From: Planctomycetota bacterium
GTDB lineage: Bacteria; Planctomycetota; JAJSAM01
Direction: 5' to 3'
NCBI GenBank assembly: GCA_025459285.1
Contig: JALOQY010000001.1
Location: forward strand, 1 to 43,700
DNA: 43,700 nucleotides
The notes below the pieces were generated by a model, which was not told where the DNA came from, ran no database searches, and saw only the letters and a program-made list of their open reading frames with translations. The position numbers were made by a program, and so were the translations under genes. Shown here piece by piece: positions 9,356 to 18,921 of the stretch (position 1 is the stretch's first letter; the number at the start of each line of letters is the position of its first letter).

Positions 9356-9967
9356 GTGGGTATTGCCATCAACGTGATCATCGCCGTCGTCGGCGGAGTA
9401 GTCTGCGCCGCCGTGGCCGCATCGAAGGGGCGGAACGCCGTGGGCTGGTTCTTCTTCGGGTTCCTCCTCCCGCTGCCCGGCATCATCGTCGTGCTGGTGG
9501 TTGCCAACCTGAAGACGGAACGGGCGCGGTTCGAGCACGCCGCGGCGGAGCGGCGCCGGCTCCGGGAGGAACTCCGCCTCGAGCGCATGCGGAACCAGCA
9601 GTTCCGGAGCCTCGCGCAACAGCGCCTCGATGTCCATGACCGGGCTCTCGGTGTCGACACCCGGCACCTCGCGCCGTCCCTCGGGGCGGCGGGCGACCCG
9701 GTGCGCGAACTCGGGCCGTCCGTGGCCGCGGCGACCGCGGACCCGCCACTCGCGCAGACGGGCGCGCCTCCCGTCGCTCCGCCGCCGGCCATCTGGCACT
9801 ACGCCACCCACGACGGCGTCCAGCGGGGGCCGGTGCCCTTCGAGGACCTCTGCCTGGCGTGGCAGTCGGCGGAGATCGACGGGGGATCGCTGGTGTGGAG
9901 GGCCGGGTGGAAGGACTGGCACCGCGTCGCCGACGTTCCCGAACTCCTCAACCGGCTGGAGGTCTGA
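9356..9967 (+). CDS. Membrane protein with C-terminal GYF_2 (DUF4339) domain
   Basis: GGAGG then GTG 9356. Two TM helices with SKGR..GWF, a coiled coil, then WHY....QRGP...SLVWRAGWKDW. Confidence 0.85.
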   Translation: MGIAINVIIAVVGGVVCAAVAASKGRNAVGWFFFGFLLPLPGIIVVLVVANLKTERARFEHAAAERRRLREELRLERMRNQQFRSLAQQRLDVHDRALGVDTRHLAPSLGAAGDPVRELGPSVAAATADPPLAQTGAPPVAPPPAIWHYATHDGVQRGPVPFEDLCLAWQSAEIDGGSLVWRAGWKDWHRVADVPELLNRLEV

Positions 9968-9968
9968 C

Positions 9969-10838
9969 GTGGACGGCGAACGGGGAGTCGCGAGGTTCGA
10001 CGGGCTCTTCACCGGGGCCTTCGCGATCCATCCGGGCCTCGAGGGCGAGCGGGAGGAAGCGATCCAGGCCCTGCTGGCGGCCTCTCCGGTCCGCTTCCAG
10101 GTCCAGCGGGAGCCGGGCGCGGCCACCCTGCTGCCCGATCTTTCCCCCGTGGAGTTCACGGTGCCGAATCGCCCCTCGGAACGCCTGCTCGGCGCGCTCC
10201 GTGACTTCGTCCTCTCCCTCGGGCCCGAGGGAGAGTGGCGCGTGGAGAGCACGCTCCGCGTCCAGGAGTTCGTCGGGAACCGGGTGTTCGAAGGGGTCTA
10301 CGTCCACGAGGACCTCGCGGGCATCACGCTGACCGCCCGCGAGCGGGCGGCGCGACCCGGGGAGGCGCCGTGTTCGCCGCAGGGGGGGGTCGCGGAACGG
10401 GCCGAGACCTTCGCGCGGCGGTGGCGGTGGCCTCTCGTGGGCGCCGCCGCTGTTCTCGCGGTGCTCGTGCTCCTCGGTTTCCAGACCGGGTTCCTCGGCT
10501 TCGGGGCGAGCGGCGTGGAGGGGCCGGCCATCGATCCGGGTCCACTCGCGGCCATCCTCGAGTTCACGGTGGTCCGCGGGGCGGGAGGAAGGCTCACGTT
10601 CCACCTCCGGCCGGGTCCCGAATTCGCCCGATTCCCGGAGGTCGCGGCATCCTGTGACCTTTCACCGGGCGTGTTCCGCGTGCTCCTCGTGAAGGAGAGG
10701 CGGGCTTCGGGTCCGATCCTCGCCCTGGATCTGCGGGACCTGCCGAGTCGAGCCGCGAAGCTCGGGGCCGGAGAGACCCTCACCGAAAGCCTTCCCTGGA
10801 ACGGCGCGAAGTTCGACGAGGTCCTCATTTGCCGTTGA
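9969..10838 (+). CDS. Hypothetical membrane protein
   Basis: GTG at 9969 just after the upstream TGA. GC3-biased codons and one central TM segment. Confidence 0.65.
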   Translation: MDGERGVARFDGLFTGAFAIHPGLEGEREEAIQALLAASPVRFQVQREPGAATLLPDLSPVEFTVPNRPSERLLGALRDFVLSLGPEGEWRVESTLRVQEFVGNRVFEGVYVHEDLAGITLTARERAARPGEAPCSPQGGVAERAETFARRWRWPLVGAAAVLAVLVLLGFQTGFLGFGASGVEGPAIDPGPLAAILEFTVVRGAGGRLTFHLRPGPEFARFPEVAASCDLSPGVFRVLLVKERRASGPILALDLRDLPSRAAKLGAGETLTESLPWNGAKFDEVLICR

Positions 10839-12081
10839 GGACGCTGCTCCTCGCCCTGCTGGCGCTGCCCCTTCTCCCCGCTCCCCGGACCGCACCGGCT
10901 CTCGTGCCGGTGCGGGTGGACTTCCCGGCCGGGGCGGATCCCGCCCTCGCCGTACCGGTGACCGGCGGTGTCCCGTTCCCGGCAGGGGCCGTGGCCGAAG
11001 CCTCCCGGGTCCGGCTCGTCCGGGGCGAGGAGGAGGTTCCCGCCCAGGCCGACGTCACCGCCGTCTGGCCCGACGGCAGTGTCAAGTGGCTCACCGTCTC
11101 GACCGTGCTGGCGCCGATCGCGGCACGCGACCTCGCCCTCCAGTACGGAGCGGGAGTGGAGCGAGCGGCGGTGCCGGACCCGGTCCCGGTGCCCGATTCG
11201 GCGTTCCGGGTTCGGGTCGGCGGGCAGAGCGTGGACCTCGCTCTCCGCCTCGAAGTGACCCGTGTCCGGGGTCCGGACGCCTTCGCCGGTCCGGGGCGGC
11301 GCTGTCTCGATCCGAAGGGTGCAACCGCCGGGGACACCGTGGAATCCGGATCCTTGGAGGTTGAATTACGCGGCCCGGTCCGCGCCCGGGTCCTCGTCCG
11401 CGGCGCCTTCCGGATCCCGGGGTTCGGCGCCACGCTGCCCGACCAGGTTCGGGCGGTGGAGCCGGCGGAACGCGTGCCGTTCACGTTCCGGGTCACGGTC
11501 TTCCGGGGACTCCCGATCATCCTCGTGGACCACCAGATCGTCTACACCGGCGAGCCGGACCGGGACTTCATCCGGCGCTGGGCACTCGTGCTGCCGGACC
11601 GCGGGGCGGGGACGGAGCGGCTCGTCCTGGAGCCGGGAGTCACGATCGACCGGCGGGATGGCGGCGAAACGACCATCCCCGAACCGGCCGCGCGCCTCTG
11701 CCGCGCGCCGATCGCCGGCGGCGTCGCCCTCCTGCGCAACGGGTTCGAGGACCGTCCGGCCCGCGTGGGAGGGCCGAGAGGCCGGGACGCCGCCGTCGAC
11801 TTCTGGCCGGTGGAGGCGGGTCCCTTCGACCTCTCGATGATCTCGACTACGGCGGGAACATCGGTCTTTTCGCGCTCCGGTTCCTCCTGTCGGAGACGCA
11901 CCAGGTCGGACCGGGTCCGTGGAAGGAGAGGCTCGCGGACCTCGGCATCGAGCCCCGTGAACTGCTCCTCTCGATGGAGTGGCGCGAGGGCCTCCGCCGC
12001 CACTGCGAGAGGCGCGGCGTCCGCTACGACCCCGACCGCCCCGACGAGAGCGTGCGGCGTCTGATCGCGACGTACCGCTAG
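10829..12081 (+). pseudogene. Exo-rhamnogalacturonan lyase (PcRGLX/YetA-like) family gene broken by a frameshift or internal deletion near 11833
   Basis: Signal peptide and VPVTGGVPFP...EVPAQ..TAVWPDGSVKWL N-terminal domain. After FDLS (11836) the frame turns non-coding-like, while a shifted frame 11833-12081 (LDDLDYGGNIG...LIATYR*) is coding-like. Confidence 0.65.
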
Positions 12082-13634
12082 CGGAAGCAGGCCGGCAGGC
12101 CGCGGCGGATGAAGATCCGCCAGGCCTTGCGGAAGCCCGCGCGGGCGGTCTCGGCGGCCTCGTCCTGCGTGCGGATCAGCTGGCCCATCGCCAGCGCCGT
12201 CCGGAGGGACTGCTTGCCGCGCGCGGGAAGTGCCGCGGCGAGCCGGCGCAGCTCGTGACCCGCGACGAAGGCATCCTGGTGCGCGCCGAGCAGGTCCTGC
12301 AGCGCCGTGAGGCGAGCGACGAGCGGAGGCGCCTGACGGGCGTAGAGAGGAGCGAAGGCCTCCGCGGCGTAGCGCAGGCGCTTGCCGAGGATCCGGAGCC
12401 GGTGCAGTTCCTCCGGTCGCGGGTTACGGGCGTGGATGCTCCCGCCGTAACGCGCGACCTTCCTGAACGCGCGCCGGACGATGGCCGGGGCGGCGACGAG
12501 CACCGGCTCGCGGGCCGGGAGGAGGGTCGGCCGGCGGGCCGGGCCGCGCGCCAGGAAGGCGTCGAAGCCGGTCAGGAACCGCTCGCAGCGCCGGGAGTCG
12601 AGGGTTCGCAGCAGGTCTCTCCGTGCCCGCGCCCGGCGCCTCTCGAGGCTGTGACGGAAGGGGATGAGGTGGGCGCGGTCCTCCTCGGGCAGGGGCGCGG
12701 CGTAGGCATCGATGTTGCCCAGATAGACGTCGAGGTCGCGCACGGCGCCCAGGGCGGCGGCGATGTGCCGGAGGTGGACGACGAAAGCGGTGGCCCGCTT
12801 CTCCGGGAGCGCCCCGGCGAAGGTGCGGAAGGCGGCGCGGAGCCGGCGGGTGGCCACGCGCATGTCGTGGAGCGCCTCGGGGTCTTCGCCGAGCCGGGTC
12901 CCCGGCTCCCGGGACTTCACCTTCTCGAACTGCTGGCGCAGGACGCGGAACGCCGTGTCGACGAGGCGGTCCGTGCGGCGGGGCACGACATCGAAGACGC
13001 GGTCTTTGCCGCGCGCCCGCTCGAAGAGCTCGAGCGCGAGGAGTGCGCGCTCGAGCTTGGTCCGGGTCGAAGGCTCGAGCCCCCGGACCTCGAGGCATTC
13101 CCTCGCCGCGGCATCGAGCGTTCCCGCCGGGGCTCCCCGATCCTCGATCTCCACCTCCAGGAACGACTGGACTGTGGACCGTCCGTCGCCGTCGAGGATC
13201 GCGACCCGGTCGAGTGCCAGCTCGGCGTCCGCGCCGAGTCTGAAGTGGATCCGGTGGGTCCGAATCCGTGCGACGGCTTCGATCGCCCGCCCCGACAGCA
13301 GAGGGGCGAGTCTCCGCGAGATTGCGCCGTCGGGGCGGAAGATCGTGCGGGAGGGCAGGAGGTCCTCGGTCATCTCGCCGCGGTCCCGCCAAGGGGCGAG
13401 GGAGGAGGTCACCTCCTTCACGGTGGCTTCCCGGGCGGCGTCCTTCGCACGAACGCGGAGGGAGAGGCCGGCCCGGTAGAGCCGGAAGTCGCCCGTGTCG
13501 TAGTAGGTGTCCTCGTGGCGGCTCTCGCCGGCCGCGGTGAGCGGCAACCCGCCGAGAACGGGGGTCGCGGCCAGCGCGGTGAGCTGCTCCTCGGAGGAGG
13601 CGGTCCACTTGATTTCGAGTTCGCGGCCTTCCAT
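12078..13634 (-). CDS. CYTH + CHAD domain protein (polyphosphate-associated)
   Basis: ELEIK, DTYYDT..FRL, LRVR and EVEIE (CYTH). ALHDMRVATRRLRA, VRDLDV, LHRLRILGKRLRY and QDLLG..QD (CHAD). GGAGG before ATG 13634. Confidence 0.9.
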   Translation of the reverse strand: MEGRELEIKWTASSEEQLTALAATPVLGGLPLTAAGESRHEDTYYDTGDFRLYRAGLSLRVRAKDAAREATVKEVTSSLAPWRDRGEMTEDLLPSRTIFRPDGAISRRLAPLLSGRAIEAVARIRTHRIHFRLGADAELALDRVAILDGDGRSTVQSFLEVEIEDRGAPAGTLDAAARECLEVRGLEPSTRTKLERALLALELFERARGKDRVFDVVPRRTDRLVDTAFRVLRQQFEKVKSREPGTRLGEDPEALHDMRVATRRLRAAFRTFAGALPEKRATAFVVHLRHIAAALGAVRDLDVYLGNIDAYAAPLPEEDRAHLIPFRHSLERRRARARRDLLRTLDSRRCERFLTGFDAFLARGPARRPTLLPAREPVLVAAPAIVRRAFRKVARYGGSIHARNPRPEELHRLRILGKRLRYAAEAFAPLYARQAPPLVARLTALQDLLGAHQDAFVAGHELRRLAAALPARGKQSLRTALAMGQLIRTQDEAAETARAGFRKAWRIFIRRGLPACFR

Positions 13635-13638
13635 GGCC

Positions 13639-15186
13639 TCAGGCCTCCTCGATGCGGACTTCGAGACCGAACACTTCGGCGAAGAGACCGGTCTTCTCCC
13701 GCGCTGCCCACTTGGAGAGAGCCAGATCGCCGTCGGCCCTGACCCGAAGCCGGAGCTTGTCGCCATTGCGCTCCGCGTGGACGGACCGGACGCGCTGGGC
13801 GTGATCGCGGTCGAGGAGGTCCGCCGTGCGGAGAATGGCGGCGAGCTTGCGGACCGTCTCCCGGTCCTTGACCGTAAGCGCGTCGAAGTGGTCGTGCTGG
13901 CGGGTGGGGTGGCGGCGGCGATGGTAGCGGGCAACATTCGCGGCGAGCTGGCGCTGGCGTCGATCGAGGCCCACGATGTCGGACTGAGAGATGAGGTAGT
14001 GGGAGTGTTTGTGGTGTGAATCGGCGGAGACGTAGAGGCCGACGTCGTGGAGGATGGAGGAGGCTTCCAGCAGGGACCGGGCCTCCGAGGGGAGTTCGTG
14101 CAGATCGGCGAGCTGGTCGAAGAGGGAGAGGGCGAGTTCGGTCACCTTGAGCGCATGAGGCTCGTCCAGGGCGTAGCGCCGTCCCAGGCCGAGGGCGGCG
14201 GCGCGGATCTCCCGGCGCCGGGATTCGAGGGCCCCCTTCCGCTCGAGTTCCTCTACCAGGTCGAGGAGGATGCCGTCCTTCAGGCCGACTCCGGGTACGA
14301 GGATCCGGTCCACCTTGAAGACGTCCGCGATCTTGGTGCAGACAACGGCGGCGGGCAGGATGACGTCGGCGCGATCCTCGCGGAGGTTGAACTCCGTGAC
14401 CCGCTGGCGGAAAGTGCTCGAGGCGAGCCGGAGCACGAGATCGCGCAGCGCGCCGACGGAGACGGCCCGGCATCCGCCGTCGAGAGCGGGCGGTCCCTTC
14501 AGGTCCTGGCCCGCGATCTCCGCGAGGCTCTCCGCGGAACCCCCGGTGGCGGCCACGAAGTCCACCGGCTCGCGTCCCAAGGCGGTGCGGATCCGCGCGC
14601 GGATGGCGTCCACGTAGTGGTCGAGGAGCGAGAGGAAGTCGTTGCCCTTGCCCCGGCCGGGGACGGGGAGCGCCTCGAGCAGCCGCACGGCTCCGAACGG
14701 GTAGGACTCGGCACGGACGACGTCGCCGTGGTCGATGACGAGGACCTCCACGCTGCCGCCGCCGATGTCCACCGCGGCGGAGCGCCCCTTCGAGAGATCC
14801 AGGCGGCTGCCCACGGCCCGGCGGACCAGGTGGGCCTCCTCGGCGCCGTCGATCACGGTGATGGTGAGGCCCGTCTCAGCCCGGATCCGCTCGACGACCT
14901 CGGCCGAGTCCGAGGCCTCCCGGAAGGCGCTCGTGGCGATCGCCCGGACGTGTTCCGCGCCGTGGCGCTCGATGGCCCGGAGGAACTGCCGGAGGGCGGA
15001 GATCGTGCGCCCGGCGGCGGCTTCGCCGATCCGGCCCATGAGGAACACCTGCGTGCCGAGGCGCACCGGCTCCCGGAGGTTCTCCAGGACGCGAACTTCC
15101 CCCCGGGCGCCTGCTTCCGCGACGAAGCAGCGCATGGCGTTGGTGCCGATATCGATGGCCGCGAACCGACTCACGCGAACCCCCAA
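13639..15186 (-). CDS. ppx: Exopolyphosphatase / pppGpp phosphohydrolase (Ppx/GppA)
   Basis: AAIDIGTN, ATSAFREA, GAEEA, DIGGGSVE, GLKDG, and HD domain (LHDVG..HHKHS). Start may be GTG 15174. Confidence 0.93.
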   Translation of the reverse strand: MGVRVSRFAAIDIGTNAMRCFVAEAGARGEVRVLENLREPVRLGTQVFLMGRIGEAAAGRTISALRQFLRAIERHGAEHVRAIATSAFREASDSAEVVERIRAETGLTITVIDGAEEAHLVRRAVGSRLDLSKGRSAAVDIGGGSVEVLVIDHGDVVRAESYPFGAVRLLEALPVPGRGKGNDFLSLLDHYVDAIRARIRTALGREPVDFVAATGGSAESLAEIAGQDLKGPPALDGGCRAVSVGALRDLVLRLASSTFRQRVTEFNLREDRADVILPAAVVCTKIADVFKVDRILVPGVGLKDGILLDLVEELERKGALESRRREIRAAALGLGRRYALDEPHALKVTELALSLFDQLADLHELPSEARSLLEASSILHDVGLYVSADSHHKHSHYLISQSDIVGLDRRQRQLAANVARYHRRRHPTRQHDHFDALTVKDRETVRKLAAILRTADLLDRDHAQRVRSVHAERNGDKLRLRVRADGDLALSKWAAREKTGLFAEVFGLEVRIEEA

Positions 15187-15328
15187 TGTAACTCTACAAG
15201 ATTAGCGATCCGCGCCGCTCTCCACGACGCAGATTCCCCGTCTTTATGAAAGCTTGACCGGTTGACGAACTTGGGGCCTGGCCGCAAAGTGATCAGGATG
15301 AAAGCACGGCCGGCCACACCGACTCTCG

Positions 15329-15334
15329 TAGAAT
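15329..15334 (+). promoter_or_regulatory. Putative -10 box TAGAAT, 8 nt before ATG 15343
   Basis: TAGAAT-tccccgcc-ATG with no Shine-Dalgarno. Confidence 0.55.
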
Positions 15335-15342
15335 TCCCCGCC

Positions 15343-15747
15343 ATGAGACCGAGAATCATCGCCGTATCCCTTGCCGTGGTCGTGGCCGCCCTGCTGGTCG
15401 GAACCCTCGCCGGCCGGGCCATCGGGGACGAGGACGAAGTGAAGGCCGCCGCCGCCCTGAAGAAGGCGGTGGATGAGGGCAACCGTCTGTTCCGGGATGC
15501 CGCCCTCGGCTCTGGCGGGAAGGCGTGCGCGGCGTGCCATGAGGATCCCGAGAGGCCCAAGCTCGCGCTGGCCTCCCGCGCCGGCGGCTACCCGAAGTGG
15601 GACCGCCGCGAGGACGCGGTCATCACGCTCGGGCAGAAGATCCGCCAGATGATCGAGAAGAACCTGAAGGGGACCCCGCCGGAACTCGGCTCGGTCGCCC
15701 TGGTATCGCTCGAGGCCTACATCGCCTCGCTCGCCAGCGCCCGCTAG
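15343..15747 (+). CDS. Secreted monoheme cytochrome c, SoxA/TsdA-like domain
   Basis: Signal peptide, CAACH heme motif, YPKW...ITLGQKIRQMIEKNLKG..GS..LVSLEAYI. Confidence 0.8.
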   Translation: MRPRIIAVSLAVVVAALLVGTLAGRAIGDEDEVKAAAALKKAVDEGNRLFRDAALGSGGKACAACHEDPERPKLALASRAGGYPKWDRREDAVITLGQKIRQMIEKNLKGTPPELGSVALVSLEAYIASLASAR

Positions 15748-15848
15748 CAGTCCGTCGGGGTGAAGGGTCGCACCGCAGAGATCGTCCTTGGCCCCGACGG
15801 GCTGCTAGCCTCGTACCTCCCGGGGCCGTCTTCTGGTGAAATGGTGGC

Positions 15849-16886
15849 GTGGACCGCCAGGTATACCTATGCGCTCCGGGCTTCGAGGAGCCCCTGCGCC
15901 GTGAGATCGGCGAGGGGGCGGAAGCGCTCTGCACCGGCGTCGTGCGGGGGGGGACGGCTCTTCGACCGCTTTCGGAGGATGACCACGTCTTCGCCCGACA
16001 GGTGCTCCCCGCGGCGGCGAGCCTGCTGGCACCCTCGGTGCGGCAGCTCGCCGGCCGGGCATTCGACGCGCTCCTGCCCGGGCTCGACTCTTCGGCGGAG
16101 ACGTGGACCCTTCATGCGCTGGTCCCGGATGACCCGGCGGACCCCCACCTCCCCGGGGAACTCCGCCGCCGCGCGGACCTCGTCGCGGCAGCCTTCCTCG
16201 ACATCGCGAAGGAGCGGCGCCGGCGGGTCTTCCGCCGGTACCACCCCGACGGAGGAGCCGAGTCGCTCGTTCAGCTTCTCCTCGTCGGACGCGAGCAACT
16301 GCTCGTCAGCGCCGCCGCGCCCGCTCCCCTCCCTCGCGGAGGCCTATGGCCCGTGCCTTTCCCGGCCGGTCTGGTGTCGGTTCCCGAGGACCCGGCGGCG
16401 CCGTCCACCGCCTCCCGCAAGCTCCGCGAAGCCCTGGCGTGGATGGGGCGTTCCCTCCGGGAGGGGGAGAGGGTCGTGGACCTCGGGGCCGCTCCGGGCG
16501 GCTGGACCCACGTGGCTCTCCTGGGCGGAGCGCACGTCACGGCCGTGGACCGGGCCGGCCCGGGGCCGGCAGTGGAAGGCCACCCGCGGCTGCGATGGCT
16601 GCGGGGCGATGCCTTCCGCCACGAGCCGGAGAATCCGCCCGTGGACTGGCTCCTCTGCGACGTCATCGCGTATCCGGACAAGAGCCTCGAACTGCTCCGG
16701 CGCTGGGTCGAGAGGGGCTGGTGCCGGCGGCTCGTCTATCACCTGAAGTTCAAGGGTCGCGAGGACTACGGCCCGGCTTTCGAGGCGCGGGAGATGCTTC
16801 GCACCTCGCGCTTGCGCTTCGTCCGGGCGAAGCATCTCGGGAACGACCGGAACGAGGTCACTTTCATGGCGATGGAGACCACATGA
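15849..16886 (+). CDS. rlmM: RlmM-like (FtsJ-fold) rRNA 2'-O-methyltransferase
   Basis: APSTASRKLREA, VDLGAAPGGWT, VDWLLCDV, LKF, and KHL..DRNEVT motifs. Confidence 0.8.
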   Translation: MDRQVYLCAPGFEEPLRREIGEGAEALCTGVVRGGTALRPLSEDDHVFARQVLPAAASLLAPSVRQLAGRAFDALLPGLDSSAETWTLHALVPDDPADPHLPGELRRRADLVAAAFLDIAKERRRRVFRRYHPDGGAESLVQLLLVGREQLLVSAAAPAPLPRGGLWPVPFPAGLVSVPEDPAAPSTASRKLREALAWMGRSLREGERVVDLGAAPGGWTHVALLGGAHVTAVDRAGPGPAVEGHPRLRWLRGDAFRHEPENPPVDWLLCDVIAYPDKSLELLRRWVERGWCRRLVYHLKFKGREDYGPAFEAREMLRTSRLRFVRAKHLGNDRNEVTFMAMETT

Positions 16887-17647
16887 GCGGACCCCGGGAA
16901 CGGGAGCGCAAGGTCTTCGGGCTCAACGCCGTGCGGGCGCTCGCGGCCTGCCGGCCGGAGGACGTTCTTCGGCTCTATGTGACTCCGGAGCGCGTGAAGG
17001 AGTGCGGCGCGCTGCTCAAGGCCTGCGCCGCCCGGCGACGACCGTACCGGATCGTGCCGGAGGACGAGATGGCGCGGGTCTCGGGCAGCGACCACCACGA
17101 GGGGGTCTGCGCGGTCGCCCGGCGGCGGGAGGTCCTGAGCCTCGCGGAGTTTCGCGCGCGGATCCCGGACTCGCCCGATCCGGTTCTTGTGGCCCTTCTT
17201 CACGACGTCCGCAATCCCCACAACCTCGGGGCGATCCTGCGTACGGCCGCGCACTTCGGAGCGTCCGTGGTTCTCACCGGCCGGTCCGGCGGGGCGGAAG
17301 TCTCGGGCGCGGCCTGCCGCCTGGCCGAGGGCGGCGCCGAGCACGTCCTCCTCGCGCGGGAGGCCGATCCGCTTGCCGTCGTGACCGCGCTGCGATCGCG
17401 GGAGGTCGCGGTCTACGCCACCGCGGTGGGGAAGGCGAAGCCGGTCCACGAGGTCGCGCTATCTCCCCGCGCGGCATTCCTCTTCGGCGCGGAGGAGGAG
17501 GGTCTGCCGAGGGCCCTCCTCGCCGCGGCCGACGCCGCCGTGACGATCCCGGGCAGTGGCGCGGTGGAGAGCCTCAACGTCTCGTGCGCCGTCGCGGTGG
17601 TGCTGGCTGACGCCCGCCGCCGTCACCCGCTTGCGTCCCGGCCCTGA
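16883..17647 (+). CDS. SpoU/TrmH-family RNA methyltransferase
   Basis: ATGA overlap with the upstream gene. NPHNLGAILRTA, FGAEEEGL and ESLNVS SPOUT motifs. Confidence 0.92.
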   Translation: MSGPRERERKVFGLNAVRALAACRPEDVLRLYVTPERVKECGALLKACAARRRPYRIVPEDEMARVSGSDHHEGVCAVARRREVLSLAEFRARIPDSPDPVLVALLHDVRNPHNLGAILRTAAHFGASVVLTGRSGGAEVSGAACRLAEGGAEHVLLAREADPLAVVTALRSREVAVYATAVGKAKPVHEVALSPRAAFLFGAEEEGLPRALLAAADAAVTIPGSGAVESLNVSCAVAVVLADARRRHPLASRP

Positions 17648-17654
17648 GAATCGA

Positions 17655-17686
17655 AAGAGGCGCGGAACCGGAGTCCCGCGCCTCTT
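17655..17686. terminator. Stem-loop between convergent genes (possible bidirectional terminator)
   Basis: aagaggcgcgg / ccgcgcctctt perfect 11-bp stem with a 10-nt loop. Confidence 0.7.
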
Positions 17687-17707
17687 CCCGTCTTCGGTCC
17701 CGGGCGA

Positions 17708-18031
17708 CTACTTGCCCGTGACGATTGTCGTCCACTTCGAATACAGTCCCAGAATGCTCCAGCCGTGGTGGTCGACGGTGTGGATCTTCGAGATCCCGCC
17801 GGCCTTGCAGGCTGCCTGGACGCTGGCGTCGCCGATGCCCACCAGGAACAGGAAGTTCTGCGCCATGGCGGTTCCCGTCTTCTCGCCCGGCCCGAGAGTG
17901 TCGGCGCCGTCGTAGTAGGACGGGTACTTCACGTCGGTGTAGATCACGCCGGCCATGGGGGTCGACATCATCCCGCAACCGCCGAGCAGCAGGAACGGAG
18001 CGACGAGCAGCAAGGCAAAGAGGACCTTCAT
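17708..18031 (-). CDS. TRL-like family lipoprotein
   Basis: AGGAGG RBS, lipobox LLGGC, GVIYTDVKYP..KTGTA...GDASVQAA..GGISKI..VD...TTIVTG. Confidence 0.8.
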   Translation of the reverse strand: MKVLFALLLVAPFLLLGGCGMMSTPMAGVIYTDVKYPSYYDGADTLGPGEKTGTAMAQNFLFLVGIGDASVQAACKAGGISKIHTVDHHGWSILGLYSKWTTIVTGK

Positions 18032-18128
18032 CCGAAACCTCCTGAAAAGGGGTTCTGCCCACCGGAGATGCCGGTCAAGCCGCGACCGTTCGCGTCCTTG
18101 CCCGCCCCGGCAACTCCCTCGAACGTTC

Positions 18129-18157
18129 TTTATGCGACTTTGTCCATCCGATGTCAA
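18129..18157 (-). promoter_or_regulatory. Putative sigma70 promoter (TTGACA-17nt-CATAAA) for the TRL gene
   Basis: Perfect TTGACA on the minus strand at 18152-18157, with an AT-rich hexamer 17 nt downstream. Confidence 0.45.
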
Positions 18158-18221
18158 GACCCGGGTGGAACTCCGGTGAGAAGGAATGGCCCGAAAACCG
18201 GCGCGTGCCGGCAGGGCGGCG

Positions 18222-18827
18222 CTATTCGTGGACGCCCTCGGTCTCGAGGACGAGGTTCATGCCGGGGCTGAAGCGGACCACGATCTTCTCGGCGAACGTC
18301 CCGCGCCGCCACACCCACGTGTCGAAGTTCTCGATCTGCTCCAGAGTCATCGCGTCGGTGTCGTAGTCCCCGACCATGTGCGGCGGGCCGAGGGCAGCGT
18401 AGATCTCCCGGCGGGTCATCCCGATGCGGGCGACGCCCTTTTCGATCGCCTCGCGGGCTTCGGGGGAGAAGTCGCCGGACGACCGGGGGGAGGAGACGAC
18501 GAATTTCTCCAGGAAGTCGTCACCCGGCGCCCCGATATCGAGGTTGAAGGTCCGGCCGTTGCGGGGATCCCTCAGCACGTACTCCCTCGGTCCTCCGCTC
18601 AGCAGCAGCTCCGTGCCGACCGGCAGGAACTCGTCGACCGATTGCCAGTTTCGCCAGGTGATCTCCGTCTCGTCGAGGACCCGGAGGTTGCAGCAGGCGA
18701 AGACGGTACGTTCCGCCCCCAGCGGCTTCGGGGGGTCCCGGGGGAGCCGGATGGCCGAAAGCTCCGGGAATGTGTTGCAGGAGGTTGCGGCGAGGAGCAG
18801 GATCAGGCCCCAGAACCTCGGAAACAT
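18222..18827 (-). CDS. Lipoprotein with SmpA/OmlA(BamE)-like C-terminal motif
   Basis: AGGAGG RBS, lipobox AATSC, IGMTRREIYAALGPP...TWVW. Confidence 0.7.
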   Translation of the reverse strand: MFPRFWGLILLLAATSCNTFPELSAIRLPRDPPKPLGAERTVFACCNLRVLDETEITWRNWQSVDEFLPVGTELLLSGGPREYVLRDPRNGRTFNLDIGAPGDDFLEKFVVSSPRSSGDFSPEAREAIEKGVARIGMTRREIYAALGPPHMVGDYDTDAMTLEQIENFDTWVWRRGTFAEKIVVRFSPGMNLVLETEGVHE

Positions 18828-18921
18828 CGTCTTCCTCCTTCCGGAACGACGCGACGTCAGGCGATCATATCCGGCAAGCCGGCGATGTCAACGGCGGGAA
18901 GGACGGAGGCGGGAGGACGAC

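Noticed and set aside
7469-10252. 927-aa minus-strand ORF
   Set aside because: Antisense shadow of several real plus-strand genes; typical high-GC artefact.
11542-12003. Minus-strand 153-aa ORF as a real gene
   Set aside because: It is the antisense of the broken lyase-like gene region, and the plus-strand frames explain the coding signal.
15244-15270. TTGAC-cgg-TTGAC upstream of ppx as a Pho box
   Set aside because: 8-bp period and sequence do not fit the 11-bp PhoB repeat.
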